Assembly: GCA_964016885.1 (NCBI GenBank)
Contig: OZ024743.1
Coordinates: 277,574,001-277,638,000 of the forward strand
DNA length: 64,000 nt
Source of the DNA: Eledone cirrhosa
Taxonomy: Eukaryota
Direction: 5' to 3'
Part shown: positions 1-15,773 of the stretch, in pieces
Position numbering within the stretch: position 1 is the stretch's first letter
Layout of the letters: every line of letters starts with the position of its first letter
Made by a program: the position numbers and the translations under genes
The notes under the pieces: model-generated
Databases searched by the model: none
Told to the model about the DNA's origin: nothing
Seen by the model: only the letters and a program-made list of their open reading frames with translations

Positions 1-332
1 ATGGATGTGATGCAAATATTATTTTGTCTGTAATTCATATAAAAAATGTTGAGGTAATTTTTATTCAATGTAGAAGCAACCATTATTGATTTCTTTTTTC
101 GCTTAGTGACATTAAGCGCCATTTTGTGTTGTTGTTGTTGTTGTTGTTGTTGTTGCTGTTGTTATTTTATTTGTATAATTGTATGTATACTCCTTTGCAG
201 TGGTCAATGGTAAAATACTGGTAACATTGCATGTAGCGGAATAAGGAGAATGCTGACGCTTATATACACATATCTCTCATTAACTCTCTATGCTCACGTA
301 CGCATGTGGAGGTATATGTCTTTGCATGACCG

Positions 333-378
<46 letters not shown>

Positions 379-451
379 ATGAAAGATTGAAGAATAAAAT
401 GGTCGGCTGTACAAAAAGGTTTTATTTCTATATATATGTATATATGTATGC

Positions 452-985
<534 letters not shown>

Positions 986-1477
986 ATAGAAAAGTCAACA
1001 AGGAAAAAACACAGAAGAAAAATTCAATATAATGCTGTTATATTACTTTAACGTCGCGTGATACATTTGGAAAAGAATCTGAACGTTTCGGACTGTAGTC
1101 CTTTATTGGAAGATGGAAAGAGAGAGAAAAAGAAAAAGAAAGATAGAATAGAGTAAAAAGGAAAACTTTTTGTAGTGCTTCACACGATTAAACACTAAGG
1201 ACTAACTATATAAGTCTAGAAAAGTGTACAGATTAAGCCATATAAGTATTACAGTATCTATGTGATTATATCCATATCCTGAGTTCGTCCTCCCACCTGG
1301 GCTGATACAATCGATTTCCACTGGATATAATGCAGCACCTGAACATTTCACACTATTCTCTAAGGTTCACAGGTATCCACTGTGTAGAGCTTTAGCTACA
1401 GACGTATCCCCTCACGCAAACACATATGCATACATCATACACTTACACAAGTACACACGCACGCACAGAGAGAGAGG

Positions 1478-1566
<89 letters not shown>

Positions 1567-2093
1567 TCACAGAGTATCTCACATGGATATATGGATATAA
1601 TGTTTCAGCAAAGTTTGAAGACAATTAACGGATGGAAAGTGAAAATAATGAAGGCAACAGAGAAATCCTGGTCATGAGCTGTTTACGATTGTACAGATTG
1701 GCAATTATGGACAGTATTGTATTTTAACTCGATGGAATGCGCCGTACTAAATCTATCATTTCTAGGAAATAGACGAACGAACAAAATCATGAAATAAACG
1801 AACATACAACATGAACAGGACTCTATTTGAGAAACCAAATGAGTAGTTGTGTGAAACATTTCTAACATAAAAGTATTAAAAATGTCAATGAGGCAACTGA
1901 AAATTGAAGCCTTGAGTAGTCGACTCAACGGCAAGACTATCTTGCGCTTCTGCTATACAATATTTGCCTGAGTAGATATGAAATAAAGAAGTAATAAAAC
2001 TCAAACTTTTAACATCAAATCCACCGTCTTCATCAATTTGGGAGAGGCTAATTATAACGAATGGAAATTATTTAATAAATATTTTTGTGGATT

Positions 2094-2311
2094 GCCAGTA
2101 TCGGTAGAGCGTTGGACAATATGCTTTACGGCAGAGAGGCATAGAGTTACGTCCCTTTACGTTCTGAGTTCAAATCCTGCCGAGGTTAACTTTGCCTTTC
2201 ATCCTTACGGGGTTGATAAAATAAAGCGCCAGTAATGCACTGGGGTCGATGTAATCAACTTTCACCTCCCCTAAAATTGTTGGTCTTTTGCCTAAATCAG
2301 AAACCATTATT
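2094..2311 (+). mobile_element. tRNA-derived SINE (abundant octopod-type, Meta-SINE-like core)
   Basis: B-box-like GAGTTCAAATCC, then core GCCTTTCATCCTTACGGGGTTGATAAAATAAAG and ATT-like tail. At least 9 related copies in the window. Confidence 0.85.
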
Positions 2312-3758
2312 TAAAAGATATCTATACAGAAGTCCACGACTGTATGCTGTGGTACCATATTGATTAAAAATGTTTGACATTGGGAGATTTTTGGGGGGTT
2401 ATATTTTCTTACTTAATTGCTGAAGTCTTTAGAGCTCATGTATGATTTTTATAATACCCATCATTGTAAATAGATTACAACAACAGAAACAATATAGAAC
2501 TGCCAGATTCAAGTCAAGTTAATAGTTTGGAGCTGCATGTAATACTAACAGACATATGTTAGAATATACGTGATTTATTATTGGTTAATTGGAGCTTGAA
2601 ATTAATTGGAATTATATAGTTATATATATATATATCATTGCAATTGTATGTATTGCAATATATATTAATCCTTCTGGTATAAAAGTTTAACAAGACAATA
2701 TTCTTGGTAACCAAAACGGCACCGTTTCAAGAGTGATTGCTCTCACCAAGAAACATTGCCACTTAATATGTCTCAATTATCAGGGGGGTTATAAAAGATA
2801 AATAAATATATTTTAAATTGCGTAATTTATTTGTGCCGTTGCACTTCAAAAACTGTCCCATTTCATCTTAGCTGCTCTAGTAGAGCTTATATACACATAT
2901 CATTCCAGCTACTATTTGCTATCTTCTGTTATATTAAAGCTAGTGTATATGTCGTGTAAAAGGTCTGTCATGCTTGAAAGGAGATGTTAAAAGTTCGGTG
3001 GTTTTAATGGTATAAATTGTTTTAATTCCTGGCAGTAATGTAACGATTTGTTATGGATAGGGATTGTAAGAGTTGTTGTGAGAGAGATAGAGAGAGACAG
3101 TGCTGGTAGTGGTGGCGGCGTGGTGATGTTTTTTTTAAATTCCAGGTTGTAATGGTTGTTTCTAATTAACTCGTGAAATTTCCATGGGATTTGCTGATAA
3201 CTAATTATAGATAAGATACACCTGGAATCAAGGTATTCGATATAGTTTCAATTTAAATAAAATTTATAAACTACATAACTAACACCACATGACCAACTAC
3301 TTTAATTTAACATACTACAAGGAAGTTAATTGTCTGCATATTGATGTGGTGGAGTAGCAGAGAAGCAACATTTTATCGCGGTTGAGAATTCTACAGCTGA
3401 GATGCTAATATCATTTATTTTCATATCCTTTTTTCACTCTCTTTCCCACAAGAAACTAATATTGCAGCCTTGAAATATTTATAATTATCAATAATTACTC
3501 GTTGAGCTCTTTTGTGAGATACACTTCGATTTAGCTGAATTGAGATATACTCACTGAAAATCATGCCACGCCAAATTTAGGCATAAGCTAAACAAGCTGC
3601 AGTTTATAGCATCGTTTCCGCAGAGGCATCAAAATAATTAAAAGTCATATATGATTTCAATTTTTGTGAGACCTTCTGGTGTAATTTTTTTTGCAAGGGG
3701 CTTCCAAGTTGTTTATAGCTTCGGGCCTCAAGAAATATAAATTCGCCACTGATTTCAT

Positions 3759-3827
<69 letters not shown>

Positions 3828-4014
3828 CACACGTGTAAACTTATCATCAGTTTCTTTTTATTGTAAATTTGCATGTATGTATAGGGCTGAGCTAAGGCTA
3901 AGAGAGATGATGTTTGTTATGTAGATCTAAATATAAATATTAATCGTTTTCTTTGTAGACACATTTTTAAAGATGGTAACAGAACGAATCATGTAAGAGG
4001 AACTTTTTAACAAA

Positions 4015-4101
<87 letters not shown>

Positions 4102-4111
4102 TGTGAGTCTG

Positions 4112-5794
<1,683 letters not shown>

Positions 5795-5860
5795 TGAAAA
5801 ATGGAATGGGAACAAAACAGAGAGGCAGTACAAACAAAGGTTTATTAGTTTCACGCTCTT

Positions 5861-5885
<25 letters not shown>

Positions 5886-5891
<6 letters not shown>

Positions 5892-6357
5892 ATTAAATAA
5901 ATGGAAACTATATTTATAAAACCATATCTATTTCATTATATATATTTCGGGGATATCATATTAACAATATGCTATGCCTTCCTCAGACAAAATACAATAT
6001 AAACAGTTTTATAGATAAATAGATTCGACATACCGTAATAAACACCGACTTGCATTTGGAGAGGTTAAAACAGGCAGTCAGCCTGTTTTAACCTCTCCAA
6101 ATGCAAGTCGGTGTTTATTACGGTATGTCGAATCTATTTATCTATAAAACTGTTTATATTGTATTTTGTCTGAGGAAGGCATAGCATATTGTTAATATGA
6201 TATCCCCGAAATATATATAATGAAATAGATATGGTTTTATAAATATAGTTTCCATTTATTTAATATTGTAAATATACTCCAAATATTTGTCGAGTGCTTT
6301 TATATCAGTTATAAATATTTACTAGTTGTAACCCAACAATTTTAAATATAACTTTCC

Positions 6358-6360
<3 letters not shown>
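5886..6360 (+). mobile_element. PLE pseudo-LTR palindrome, family C (190-bp arms, 5-nt loop, ~90-nt tail)
   Basis: 5886-6075 and 6081-6270 are reverse complements with no mismatch seen. Loop AGTCA. (TA)n on both sides. Confidence 0.85.
6162..6227 (+). ncRNA. Type I hammerhead ribozyme (family C); mirror copy 5929-5994 (-)
   Basis: TATTTTGT-CTGAGGA-stem II (CATATT gtt AATATG)-GAAA-tatata-TA^ATGAAATA. Confidence 0.75.
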
Positions 6361-6423
<63 letters not shown>

Positions 6424-6459
6424 TATATATATATGTATATATATACATATACATATATA

Positions 6460-6537
<78 letters not shown>

Positions 6538-6620
6538 GAGTAAAATACTTTCCTACTTTTACATCATGGTTAACATTGTGGAATGACCAGTTTTACCCAG
6601 TGGTGGACCACCAAACTTAA

Positions 6621-6704
<84 letters not shown>

Positions 6705-6938
6705 GTGTATGTATGTGCGTGCCTGTGTGCGTACTTGAGTGTGTGGGGGTGTTTGTGTATAATATATATATATATATATATATATAAATATATAATTAAA
6801 TGTATATAAAAATTACACATAGGCGCACGCACACACATACACATACGTGTATGTATGGTCTGTCTGCGCTTAATTGCATATGGCTTTGAATCTGATTGTA
6901 TGCGTGCATGTGTGTACGTACGAATGTCTGTGTGTATA

Positions 6939-6974
<36 letters not shown>

Positions 6975-7057
6975 TGTAGCTTATATTTTTCACCTTTCTG
7001 CACGGTGTTTTCAGTTCTGATCGTTTTCACATATTCATTTCTGACAGTTTGTTCTCT

Positions 7058-7119
<62 letters not shown>

Positions 7120-7124
7120 AACTA

Positions 7125-7216
<92 letters not shown>

Positions 7217-7989
7217 CCTTTCCCATTTCCCTATCAATCTCACCTTCTCTCTAGCTACAGATGTGAAAATGAAAACAACAACAACAACATTAAAAACTAT
7301 AACAGCAAAACTCGTTACTCCTGCGAATTTACAACTAATTCTAACACCACCACCTCCACCATCAACACTACCATCCCTACCACCACCAACAACAACATCA
7401 CCATCAGTACAAACTACGACTCCTTCCACCTCCCCCTCATCTTCCTCCTCCTCCTCATCTTCCTCCTCCTCCTCCTCCTCCTACTACTACTACTACTACT
7501 ACTACTACTAGCCGTAGTAGCACAAGTACCAGCTGGACCGGTAATACCATCAGCACCGCCATAATCACCACCGCCATCAGTACCAGCACAAAGACAACTA
7601 ACATCATCATCACACAGCGCACCCGCCACCGCCACCACCATAACTACCACTTCAACCCCTCACCACACACACATCCACCAAAACCACCAGCATCTCTGCC
7701 GCCCATACCACCACAACTCCACTCCCCCTAGCACACATACATCCACCAAAGCTACCACCATCACCAGCACCATCACCATCGTTGCAGCTACCAAAACAAC
7801 CACCAGCACACCTCCCCCCCCTACACACTTAAATCCACCACAGCCACCACCACCATCACCACCGCCACCACTACCGCCGCCACCAAAACCGGCATCACCT
7901 CCACCACCACCATCACCACCACCAAAAATCCTGTCCCCTACACACACACGCACACATCCACCAAAGCCACCACCGCCAACACCACTACC

Positions 7990-8445
7990 TATTCCAGCGC
8001 CACCACAACCGCCCTCATCACCACCAACACCACCACTACCGCCACCACCATAAACACCATAAACACCACAACCGCCATCACCACCACCAACACCACCACT
8101 ACCGCCACCACCATAAACACCACAACTGCCATCACCACCACCAACACCACCACTACCGCCACCACCATAAACACCATAGACACCACAACCGCCATCACCA
8201 CCATAAACACCACCACTAGCGCCACCACCATAAACACCATAAACACCACAACCGCCATCACCACCACCAACACCACCACTACCGCCACCACCATAAACAC
8301 CACAACCGCCATCACCACCACCAACACCACCACTACCGCCACCACCATAAACACCATAGACACCACAACCGCCATCACCACCACCAACACCACCACTAGC
8401 GCCACCACCATAAACACCATAAACACCACAACCGCCATCACCACA
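7990..8445. repeat. ACC-rich minisatellite (51/60-bp units)
   Basis: Tandem units like accgccatcaccaccaccaacaccaccactaccgccaccaccataaacaccataaacaccaca, within a wider (ACC)n-rich tract from 7345. Confidence 0.9.
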
Positions 8446-8620
8446 GACAGAAACGTCTCTCGACAATTGCTAGGCTCTGTGAAAAATCCTGGTTACTAGC
8501 ATCATCAGCCACGACTGTTGTCACAACCACCATTCGTTGGCTGCAGGGTGCCGTACCTAATTAATGGTTTCTACTTCTCTTGCCAAATCTAGCTAATTGC
8601 TTCCGAAAAACTAAATTTAC

Positions 8621-8630
8621 TGTATGTATG

Positions 8631-8664
<34 letters not shown>

Positions 8665-8954
8665 TGTATGTATGTATGTATGTGTGTATATTTGTATGTA
8701 TGTATGTATGTATGTATGTATGTATGTATGTATGTATGTATGTGTCTATATTTGTATGTATGTATGTATGTATGTATGTATGTATGTATGTATGTATGTA
8801 TGTGTCTATATTTGTATGTATGTATGTATGTATGTATGTATGTATGTATGTATATTTGTATGTATGTATGTATGTATGTATGTATGTATGTATGTATGTA
8901 TGTGTCTATGTATGTATGTATGTATGTATGTATGTATGTATGTATGTATGTATG
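8621..8954. repeat. (TATG)n microsatellite with 60-bp higher-order units
   Basis: Read directly. Interrupted every 60 bp by tgtgtctatattt-like motif. Confidence 0.95.
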
Positions 8955-9281
8955 TTGACTTGTTCTTTTTGGTAAATATCATCTTGGTTAAGAGAGTGGG
9001 ACTGGCTTTATGCAGTGCCTTTGCTCACTATAAAAGCTTCACGGCACAGGCATTGCTTTATATCTGGAGATCTCTCTGCATTTGTCGTCACATGGTACCA
9101 TGGGCCCAGCACTATGTGTCAATAATTGTCACAAGTGTAGTGTTTGTACCAGAGTTTTCAAGTCGCTAGCTGGACTAAAAAGTCACACTCGTTCAGCGCA
9201 TCGGTAAGGGTTCTCCTACATGGATATAAAGTAGTGGCCGTACTCGAAAACGAGTTGGCAGCCACCATGTATGTATGTATG
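8953..9281 (+). mobile_element. 5'-truncated RTE-derived non-autonomous retroelement with (ATGT)n tail
   Basis: Matches the 3' part of the copies at 47441-48000 (-) and 59669-60240 (+). Ends in a C2H2-finger remnant ([20 protein letters not shown]) and the hairpin CTCG aaaa CGAG. Confidence 0.8.
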
Positions 9282-9886
9282 TTCTTATTTCACAAAGTTT
9301 TACCAATAGAGAGAGAGTCGGTTTCTAACATAGACACACGACTCTCTGATTGGAATTTACACAACATCAATTAGGTAGATATGTATGTATGCATGCATGT
9401 GTAGATATGGATGTGATTGTATGTGTGGATGTGGATGTTTTGAGTTGTATGTGTGCATGTGTATATACTTTGTATCTGTCCATGTGTATATGCAGTTATT
9501 AGATGCAAAACTTTTGGAATATTTTACATATTTTTACTGTTCCATTAATGGATTGTACTTGTAATTTCCTAACTAGTTGTGTTCTTTCTGTTCCTGTGAA
9601 GCCTAACTTCTCAAGATTTGTATTGAGGCTAACATATCCCAGTCCCCCAATAATCACAGGCATAAATCTGAAGGTATAATCAGGGTGGAGTATCTGCAGA
9701 TTTGTCATCAGTTCTGCATAAATATTCTCCTTTTCACTAATCTTTGATATTATATTGGCATCTGCTGGGCAGCTAATTTGCACTAATGTGCATGCTTTCT
9801 TCTCCCTGTCCCATATCATAATATCTGGTCTGTTATGCCTGCATTTTATTGGGGTTTTTACTGGAACATTCCACCAGTACTCTTTC

Positions 9887-9888
<2 letters not shown>
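9282..9888 (-). mobile_element. R4/Dong-like non-LTR retrotransposon family 1, 3' fragment (RLE domain plus 3' UTR)
   Basis: ORF 9499-9888 has HNRPDIMIWD...ISCP...K...Y (PD-(D/E)xK RLE). Near-identical to 60241-60871. Flanked by (TATG)n. Confidence 0.9.
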
Positions 9889-9917
<29 letters not shown>

Positions 9918-9936
9918 TGTATGTATGTATGTATAT

Positions 9937-10914
9937 TATCTCTTTCTCTTAATTTCGAGTATATTTTTTTGACCGGCCACCTTCCTGGTGGCAAGGTTGT
10001 AAAAGAAGAGAAATTGTCATCCCTTGTCATCAGTCGCTATTCTAATGATATTTCTTTTTTCATGCTCATAAACCTGAGCAAAATGGTTGCCAACCTTTTT
10101 TCTCTGTTGAAGGTGTTGCTTCAGTGTTACTATCCGGGTCTCATATGTTGTTAATATAGATTTTAGACCCCGGCCACCTTCCTTGCGTGAGAAGTATAGC
10201 CTATCCACATCACCATTGATGTTAAAGTTCCCAGTAACACTGAGAAGTTTTCGAGTTCTAACATCCATCTCACTTAGTTCTTGCAATGACCAGTTCAGTA
10301 GGCCAAATGTTGGCGTTAGAATTGGCACAGCATAAGTATTGTGGGCAATGTATTTGTTGTATGCTGACAGTTCTGATGACCATAGTTTCTTTACTCTTCT
10401 GAGGTATTCAGTTCTGGTTCTCTCCTTATTTATGGGTCCATCATATCTGACATTCTCATCCTGTCCAAGATATCTGTAGTTGTCACCTGACTGTAGAGGT
10501 TGTATTGTCAGGCCGTTCATCTCTAGATTTCTAGAGGAGGGCACAGCTCTTCCACGTTTTACTGCCAAATATGCACACTTGGACTCACCAAATTTCATTT
10601 TGATGTCTGTTGAAAATTGTGTAATGAGGTCCAATTGTTTCTTGATGTCATTGATATTTGGCCCATACAACTTCAGGTCATCAACAAAGAAAAGATGGGA
10701 GATACTTCTGGGCCCACTTCTTTGTCCACTTTGTTTCCTGAGTAGGTAAGATAGTGGATTTAGTGAGAGAACGAAGAGTAGAACTGACAAGCTATCACCC
10801 TGAAAGATGCCCTTCTGGTAATGTATCTTACAATCTTAACTTGCTCCTTCTCACCTCTAAGGATCAAATTGGTGTACCAGTTCTTGGTCAGGCGTTCAAC
10901 AGCAGCTACCAATG
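9937..10914 (-). mobile_element. R4/Dong-like family 2, 5'-truncated and internally deleted copy
   Basis: RT motifs FQGD-SL, HLFFVDDLKLY, YRYLG, RKEGGRGL. Near-identical to 11940-12740, but joined directly to the stop codon and 3' UTR. Confidence 0.9.
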
Positions 10915-10986
10915 GTATGTATGTATGTATGTATGTATGTATGTATGTATGTATGTATGTATGTATGTATGTATGTATGTATGTAT

Positions 10987-12740
10987 GTTTTCTCTTTCTC
11001 TTAATTTCGAGTATATTTTTTGACCGGCCACCTTCCTGGTGGCAAGGTTGTAAAAGAAAAGAAATTGTCATCCCTTGAATCGCAAGAATGTTTTGCAAAT
11101 TTTGAAGGTGCCAGCTATCGCAGCCATTTGTAGACTATGAATTAGGGAGCTGCGCTTTTTGTCCGCAAATCCAAGTTCGGTCATACTTTGGTCCAAGCGG
11201 GTTGGTATATAACCCGTAGCACCAATAATGATGGGTATGAAGCTAAAGGTGTATCTTGGATACTGGATTTGTAAACCTCTCATCAATGGTCCGTAGATGT
11301 CCTCCTTCTCCTGTATTTTTCTGACAACGTTTACATCAAGTGGGCAGCTGATCTCCACAACAGAACACGTTTTCAATGTGTGGTCCCAAACTACAATATC
11401 AGGCCGGTTGTGCTTTAATTTGGTGGCAGTTTTTATTTTCAGGTTCCACCAGTATTCCTTAGTGCCATCTGTCTCAATATATTCTTCCTCATTTGTTGTT
11501 AATTTTGTTTTCCGAAGTGCGTTCCAGATGGTTCTAGCTATCCCATCGTGTCTCATGGGGAGGTAGTAGCGAGATGACATTCTTTCGCAGCTGGCAACAA
11601 TGTGGCTTACATCCTCGATCTTTGTTTTACATAGCCTACATTTATTTTCAGCTGCTGGCCCTCCTCTTTTGTGCAGCAGATATTTGGTAGGGAGTTCTTG
11701 TTCCTGTATTGCATAGAGATATCCCTCAAGGTGTGATGTCATAAACTTGTCGGAACTCCATGCCAGGCTTTTTGAGTGGTTTATCCCCTCTATGGTCTGT
11801 GTTTTACGCCTCAAGTATCCATGCACGACTTTTTCTGTAAATTGGTCAATTTTTTTATCTTGTTTGAACATTGAATAGGATCTTCCGATTTCTCTGGGTG
11901 AGAGATTATATCAGGCTTTATTCCATATCTCTCCTCCAGATCAGTCGCTATTCTAATGATATTTCTTTTTTCATGCTCATAAACCTGAGCAAGATGGTTG
12001 CCAACCTTTTTTCTCTGTTGAAGGTGTTGCTTCAGTGTTACTATCCGGGTCTCATATGTTGTTAATATGGATTTTAGACCCCGGCCACCTTCCTTGCGTG
12101 AGAAGTATAGCCTATCCACATCACCATTGATGTTAAAGTTCCCAGTAACACTGAGAAGTTTTCGAGTTCTAACATCCATCTCACTTAGTTCTTGCAATGA
12201 CCAGTTCAGTAGGCCAAATGTTGGCGTTAGAATTGGCACAGCATAAGTATTGTGGGCAATGTATTTGTTGTATGCTGACAGTTCTGATGACCATAGTTTC
12301 TTTACTCTTCTGAGGTATTCAGTTCTGGTTCTCTCCTTATTTATGGGTCCATCATATCTGACATTCTCATCCTGTCCAAGATATCTGTAGTTGTCACCTG
12401 ACTGCAGAGGTTGTTTTGTCAGGCCGTTCATCTCTAGATTTCTAGAGGAGGGCACAGCTCTTCCACGTTTTACTGCCAAATATGCACACTTGGACTCACC
12501 AAATTTCATTTTGATGTCGGTTGAAAATTGTGTAATGAGGTCCAATTGTTTCTTGATGTCATTGATATTTGGCCCATACAACTTCAGGTCATCAACAAAG
12601 AAAAGATGGGAGATACTTCTGGGCCCACTTTTTTGTCCACCTTGTTTCCTGAGTAGGTAAGATAGTGGATTCAGTGAGAGAACAAAGAGTAGTACTGACA
12701 AGCTATCACCCTGAAAGATGCCCTTCTGGTAATGTATCTT
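10987..12740 (-). mobile_element. R4/Dong-like family 2, 5'-truncated copy (RT C-half, CCHC knuckle, RLE; frameshift near 11870)
   Basis: ORF 11811-12701 (FVDD RT) and ORF 11068-11871 (CRLC..EDVSHIVASC, RHD, HNRPDIVVWD..VEISCP..K). (TATG)n on both sides. Confidence 0.93.
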
Positions 12741-13465
12741 GTATGTATGTATGTATGTATGTATGTATGTATGTATGTATGTATGTATGTATGTGTATAT
12801 GTATGTGTCTATATTTGTATGTATGTATGTATGGATGTGTCTATATGTGTATGTATGTATGTATGTATGTGTCTATATTGTATGTATGTATGTATGTATG
12901 TATGTATGTATGTATGTATGTATGTATGTATGTATGTATGTATGTATGTGTCTATATTTGTATGTATTATGTATGTGTGAATGAATGTGTGTGTATGCGT
13001 GTATGAATGTATGTATGTGTGTATTTATTTATGTATGCATGTATGAATGTGTGTATGTATGTGTGTGTGTATGTATGTATGTATGTATATGTGTATATAT
13101 GAATGCGTGTGTGTTTGAATGTATGCATGGGTGTATGTATGTATGTATCTATGTATGTGTGTATGTATGTATGTATGTATGTATGTATGTATGTATGTAT
13201 GTATGTATGTATGTATGTATGTATGTATGTATTCGTATATGTATACGTATAAGAGTGTGGATATATATGTGCATGGACGTATGCGTGGATTTATGAGTGT
13301 TGAATGAATAGAGGAATGTATATACATATATATAAGTGTGTATATATATATATGCATAATTATATATTTATATGCATGTATATAAATATATTAGTTTTGC
13401 GAGTGTGTTCTGTTATTAATTCTGGCAATATTATTACACAAATATGATCCTCCCCAAGTATAACA

Positions 13466-13530
<65 letters not shown>

Positions 13531-13792
13531 ATATCTATATGGAAATATATATTTACACATATAAACAATATATATGCGTTTAAATTCTTGCCCATATATG
13601 CTTAGGATGTTTAAACATTTTGTAGTACATGTGTATATGTATGCATGTTAGTGGTGCCTACTCTATTTCAATAGTAAGTACCTTGTAAAAATGTATACTA
13701 TATTATGCACAGACATACTCACACAAACATACACACACACATATATATATATATATTTTATATATCTATATATTATATATTATATATATATT

Positions 13793-13969
13793 TGCAGTAT
13801 CGGTAGAGGGTTGGACGCCATGCTTTCTAGCATAGTTACGTCCCTTTACAGTCTGAGTTCAAACCCCGCCGAGGTTAACTTTGCCTTTCATCCTTACGGG
13901 GTCGATAAAATAAAGTACCAGTAATGTACTGAGTAATTGCTGGCCTTGTGCCTAAAGTAGAAACAATTA
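13793..13969 (+). mobile_element. tRNA-derived SINE copy
   Basis: Same B-box and core as 2094-2311. Confidence 0.85.
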
Positions 13970-14041
13970 TATATATATATATATATGCATTTATATATAT
14001 ATATATATATATATATTTGTATATATATATATATATATATA

Positions 14042-14182
14042 TATTTATTAAAATAACAGATTAAAGTTTAAGCAAAGAATCGCTGCTTTCACCCTTAACG
14101 GGATCTTCTGAAACTCTTATCTTCTAAAACTTATCCTTATCCAGCCCTCTTTGGATTTTAGTCTTCAAATTTATTATTATTA
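14042..14182. mobile_element. Family B minimal insert: inverted HHR (14065-14115, -) joined to sense tail
   Basis: Matches 4402-4476 and 5599-5650. In (TA)n. Confidence 0.7.
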
Positions 14183-14183
14183 A

Positions 14184-14242
<59 letters not shown>

Positions 14243-14254
14243 GTATATATATAT

Positions 14255-14470
14255 TTTGAGTTTATGTTGGTTGTATACCAACACCTCAGTATGCAGGCTG
14301 GAGCACTCGACGAAGTGCGCAGGTTGGTTTGGTTACTCCGGAGTAGTGTAAAATAAAGTTAAATAAAAGTCAAATGATTAAAATTTAGCTTCGTTTATTA
14401 CTGCTTATTAAGCAGTAATAAACGAAGCTAAATTTTAATCATTTGACTTTTATTTAACTTTATTTTATAC
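14255..14470 (-). mobile_element. Family A pLTR fragment with fold-back centred at 14408
   Basis: Arms ~14346-14405 / 14411-14470. Reverse complement of 723-871. Confidence 0.8.
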
Positions 14471-14733
14471 GTATATATATGTAGATAAATCTACCAAAAT
14501 ATACGGTAGTGTCCAATCCATTATTTCTGAAGACAGCATATATATGTGTAGGTATGTATATTCCCTCGGATAGTTTGTAAAAATTTTACATAGATCAATA
14601 TGATATACATACCAACACACACATATATATATCCTAGAAACGATCGTAAAATGATGACTTTTTTAATATAAGGAACTGTTTCTTTGTTTTTATTCATTAT
14701 TTTTATTAATTTACGTATATATATTTATATTTG

Positions 14734-14764
<31 letters not shown>

Positions 14765-14769
14765 GCGCG

Positions 14770-14876
<107 letters not shown>

Positions 14877-15067
14877 GTATATATATGTATATATATGTAT
14901 ATATATATATATGAATAATGTACCTAATGTATTCCACCTATGATCTCAGTTGGATTAGATTTAATTCAACTTGTAACGCTATGTTTCTGTCATTTATAAA
15001 ATGTTCATAATTTGGTCATTATTCCTTCATATTTACACACATGCACACACACACACACACACACATA

Positions 15068-15111
<44 letters not shown>

Positions 15112-15194
15112 ATTTTGATGTTTCAGAATACAAAAATTAATTAAAAACTTACCCCACGAAAAGACAGCGTGTGTTGTCCTATATATAAGCTCCC

Positions 15195-15773
15195 TCATAC
15201 ATGGAGAGTTAGTTAAAGGAAAAGGACCGCCACATAAACCAAAAAAGAGGTATAAGGATTCCTTGAAAGCCTCTCTGAAAGACGCTAACATCTCTGCTGA
15301 TACATGGGAGAATATTGCTGCTGATCGTAATAAATGGAGAAAGACTGTATATGAGGGAAAAGTTGCTTTTGAGGCATCTCGAATCGCATACAAGAAAGTA
15401 AAGCGGGATGTGAGGAAGGGCATTGCTGTTGCACTTCTAGACGGCGAGGGTCCTCCTATGGTGCTGACATGCAGCGTATGTGCGAGACTCTGCCTAAGCA
15501 AAGCTGGACTCGAAAGTCATCTTCGCAGTCATAAAGTAAGACCAGTGGTTGACTACCAGGCTGCTGTTGGAGATGCTACTCATCATGCTTGCCAAACATG
15601 TGGTAGAGAATGTAAATCAGCAGGAGGGCTCAAGCGACATGCAAAAGTACACGAACTCCAACCACAGCCGACTACTCCCAGTGAATGTTTTGGTTGCCGA
15701 CTCTGTGCAAGACATTTTAGATCATGGCTGGGCTAAAAAGCCACATTCGATCGCAGCGCTGTTAGTTGCTATC

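Noticed and set aside
1075-1118. Minus-strand GGAC taca GTCC-GAAACGTTC hammerhead-like half
   Set aside because: 5' core reads CCAATAA and stem I register is poor; too degenerate to call.
2712-2755. Minus-strand TTGGTGA-GAG..CTC-GAAACGGTGCCGTT
   Set aside because: Core is mutated and stem I does not pair.
8621-12980. Repeat-spacer alternation resembling a CRISPR array
   Set aside because: Repeats are microsatellites of variable length, spacers are retroelements, context is eukaryotic and no cas genes are present.
13850-13875. GAGTTCAAACCCCGCC as a tRNA gene
   Set aside because: B-box of a SINE head; no cloverleaf.
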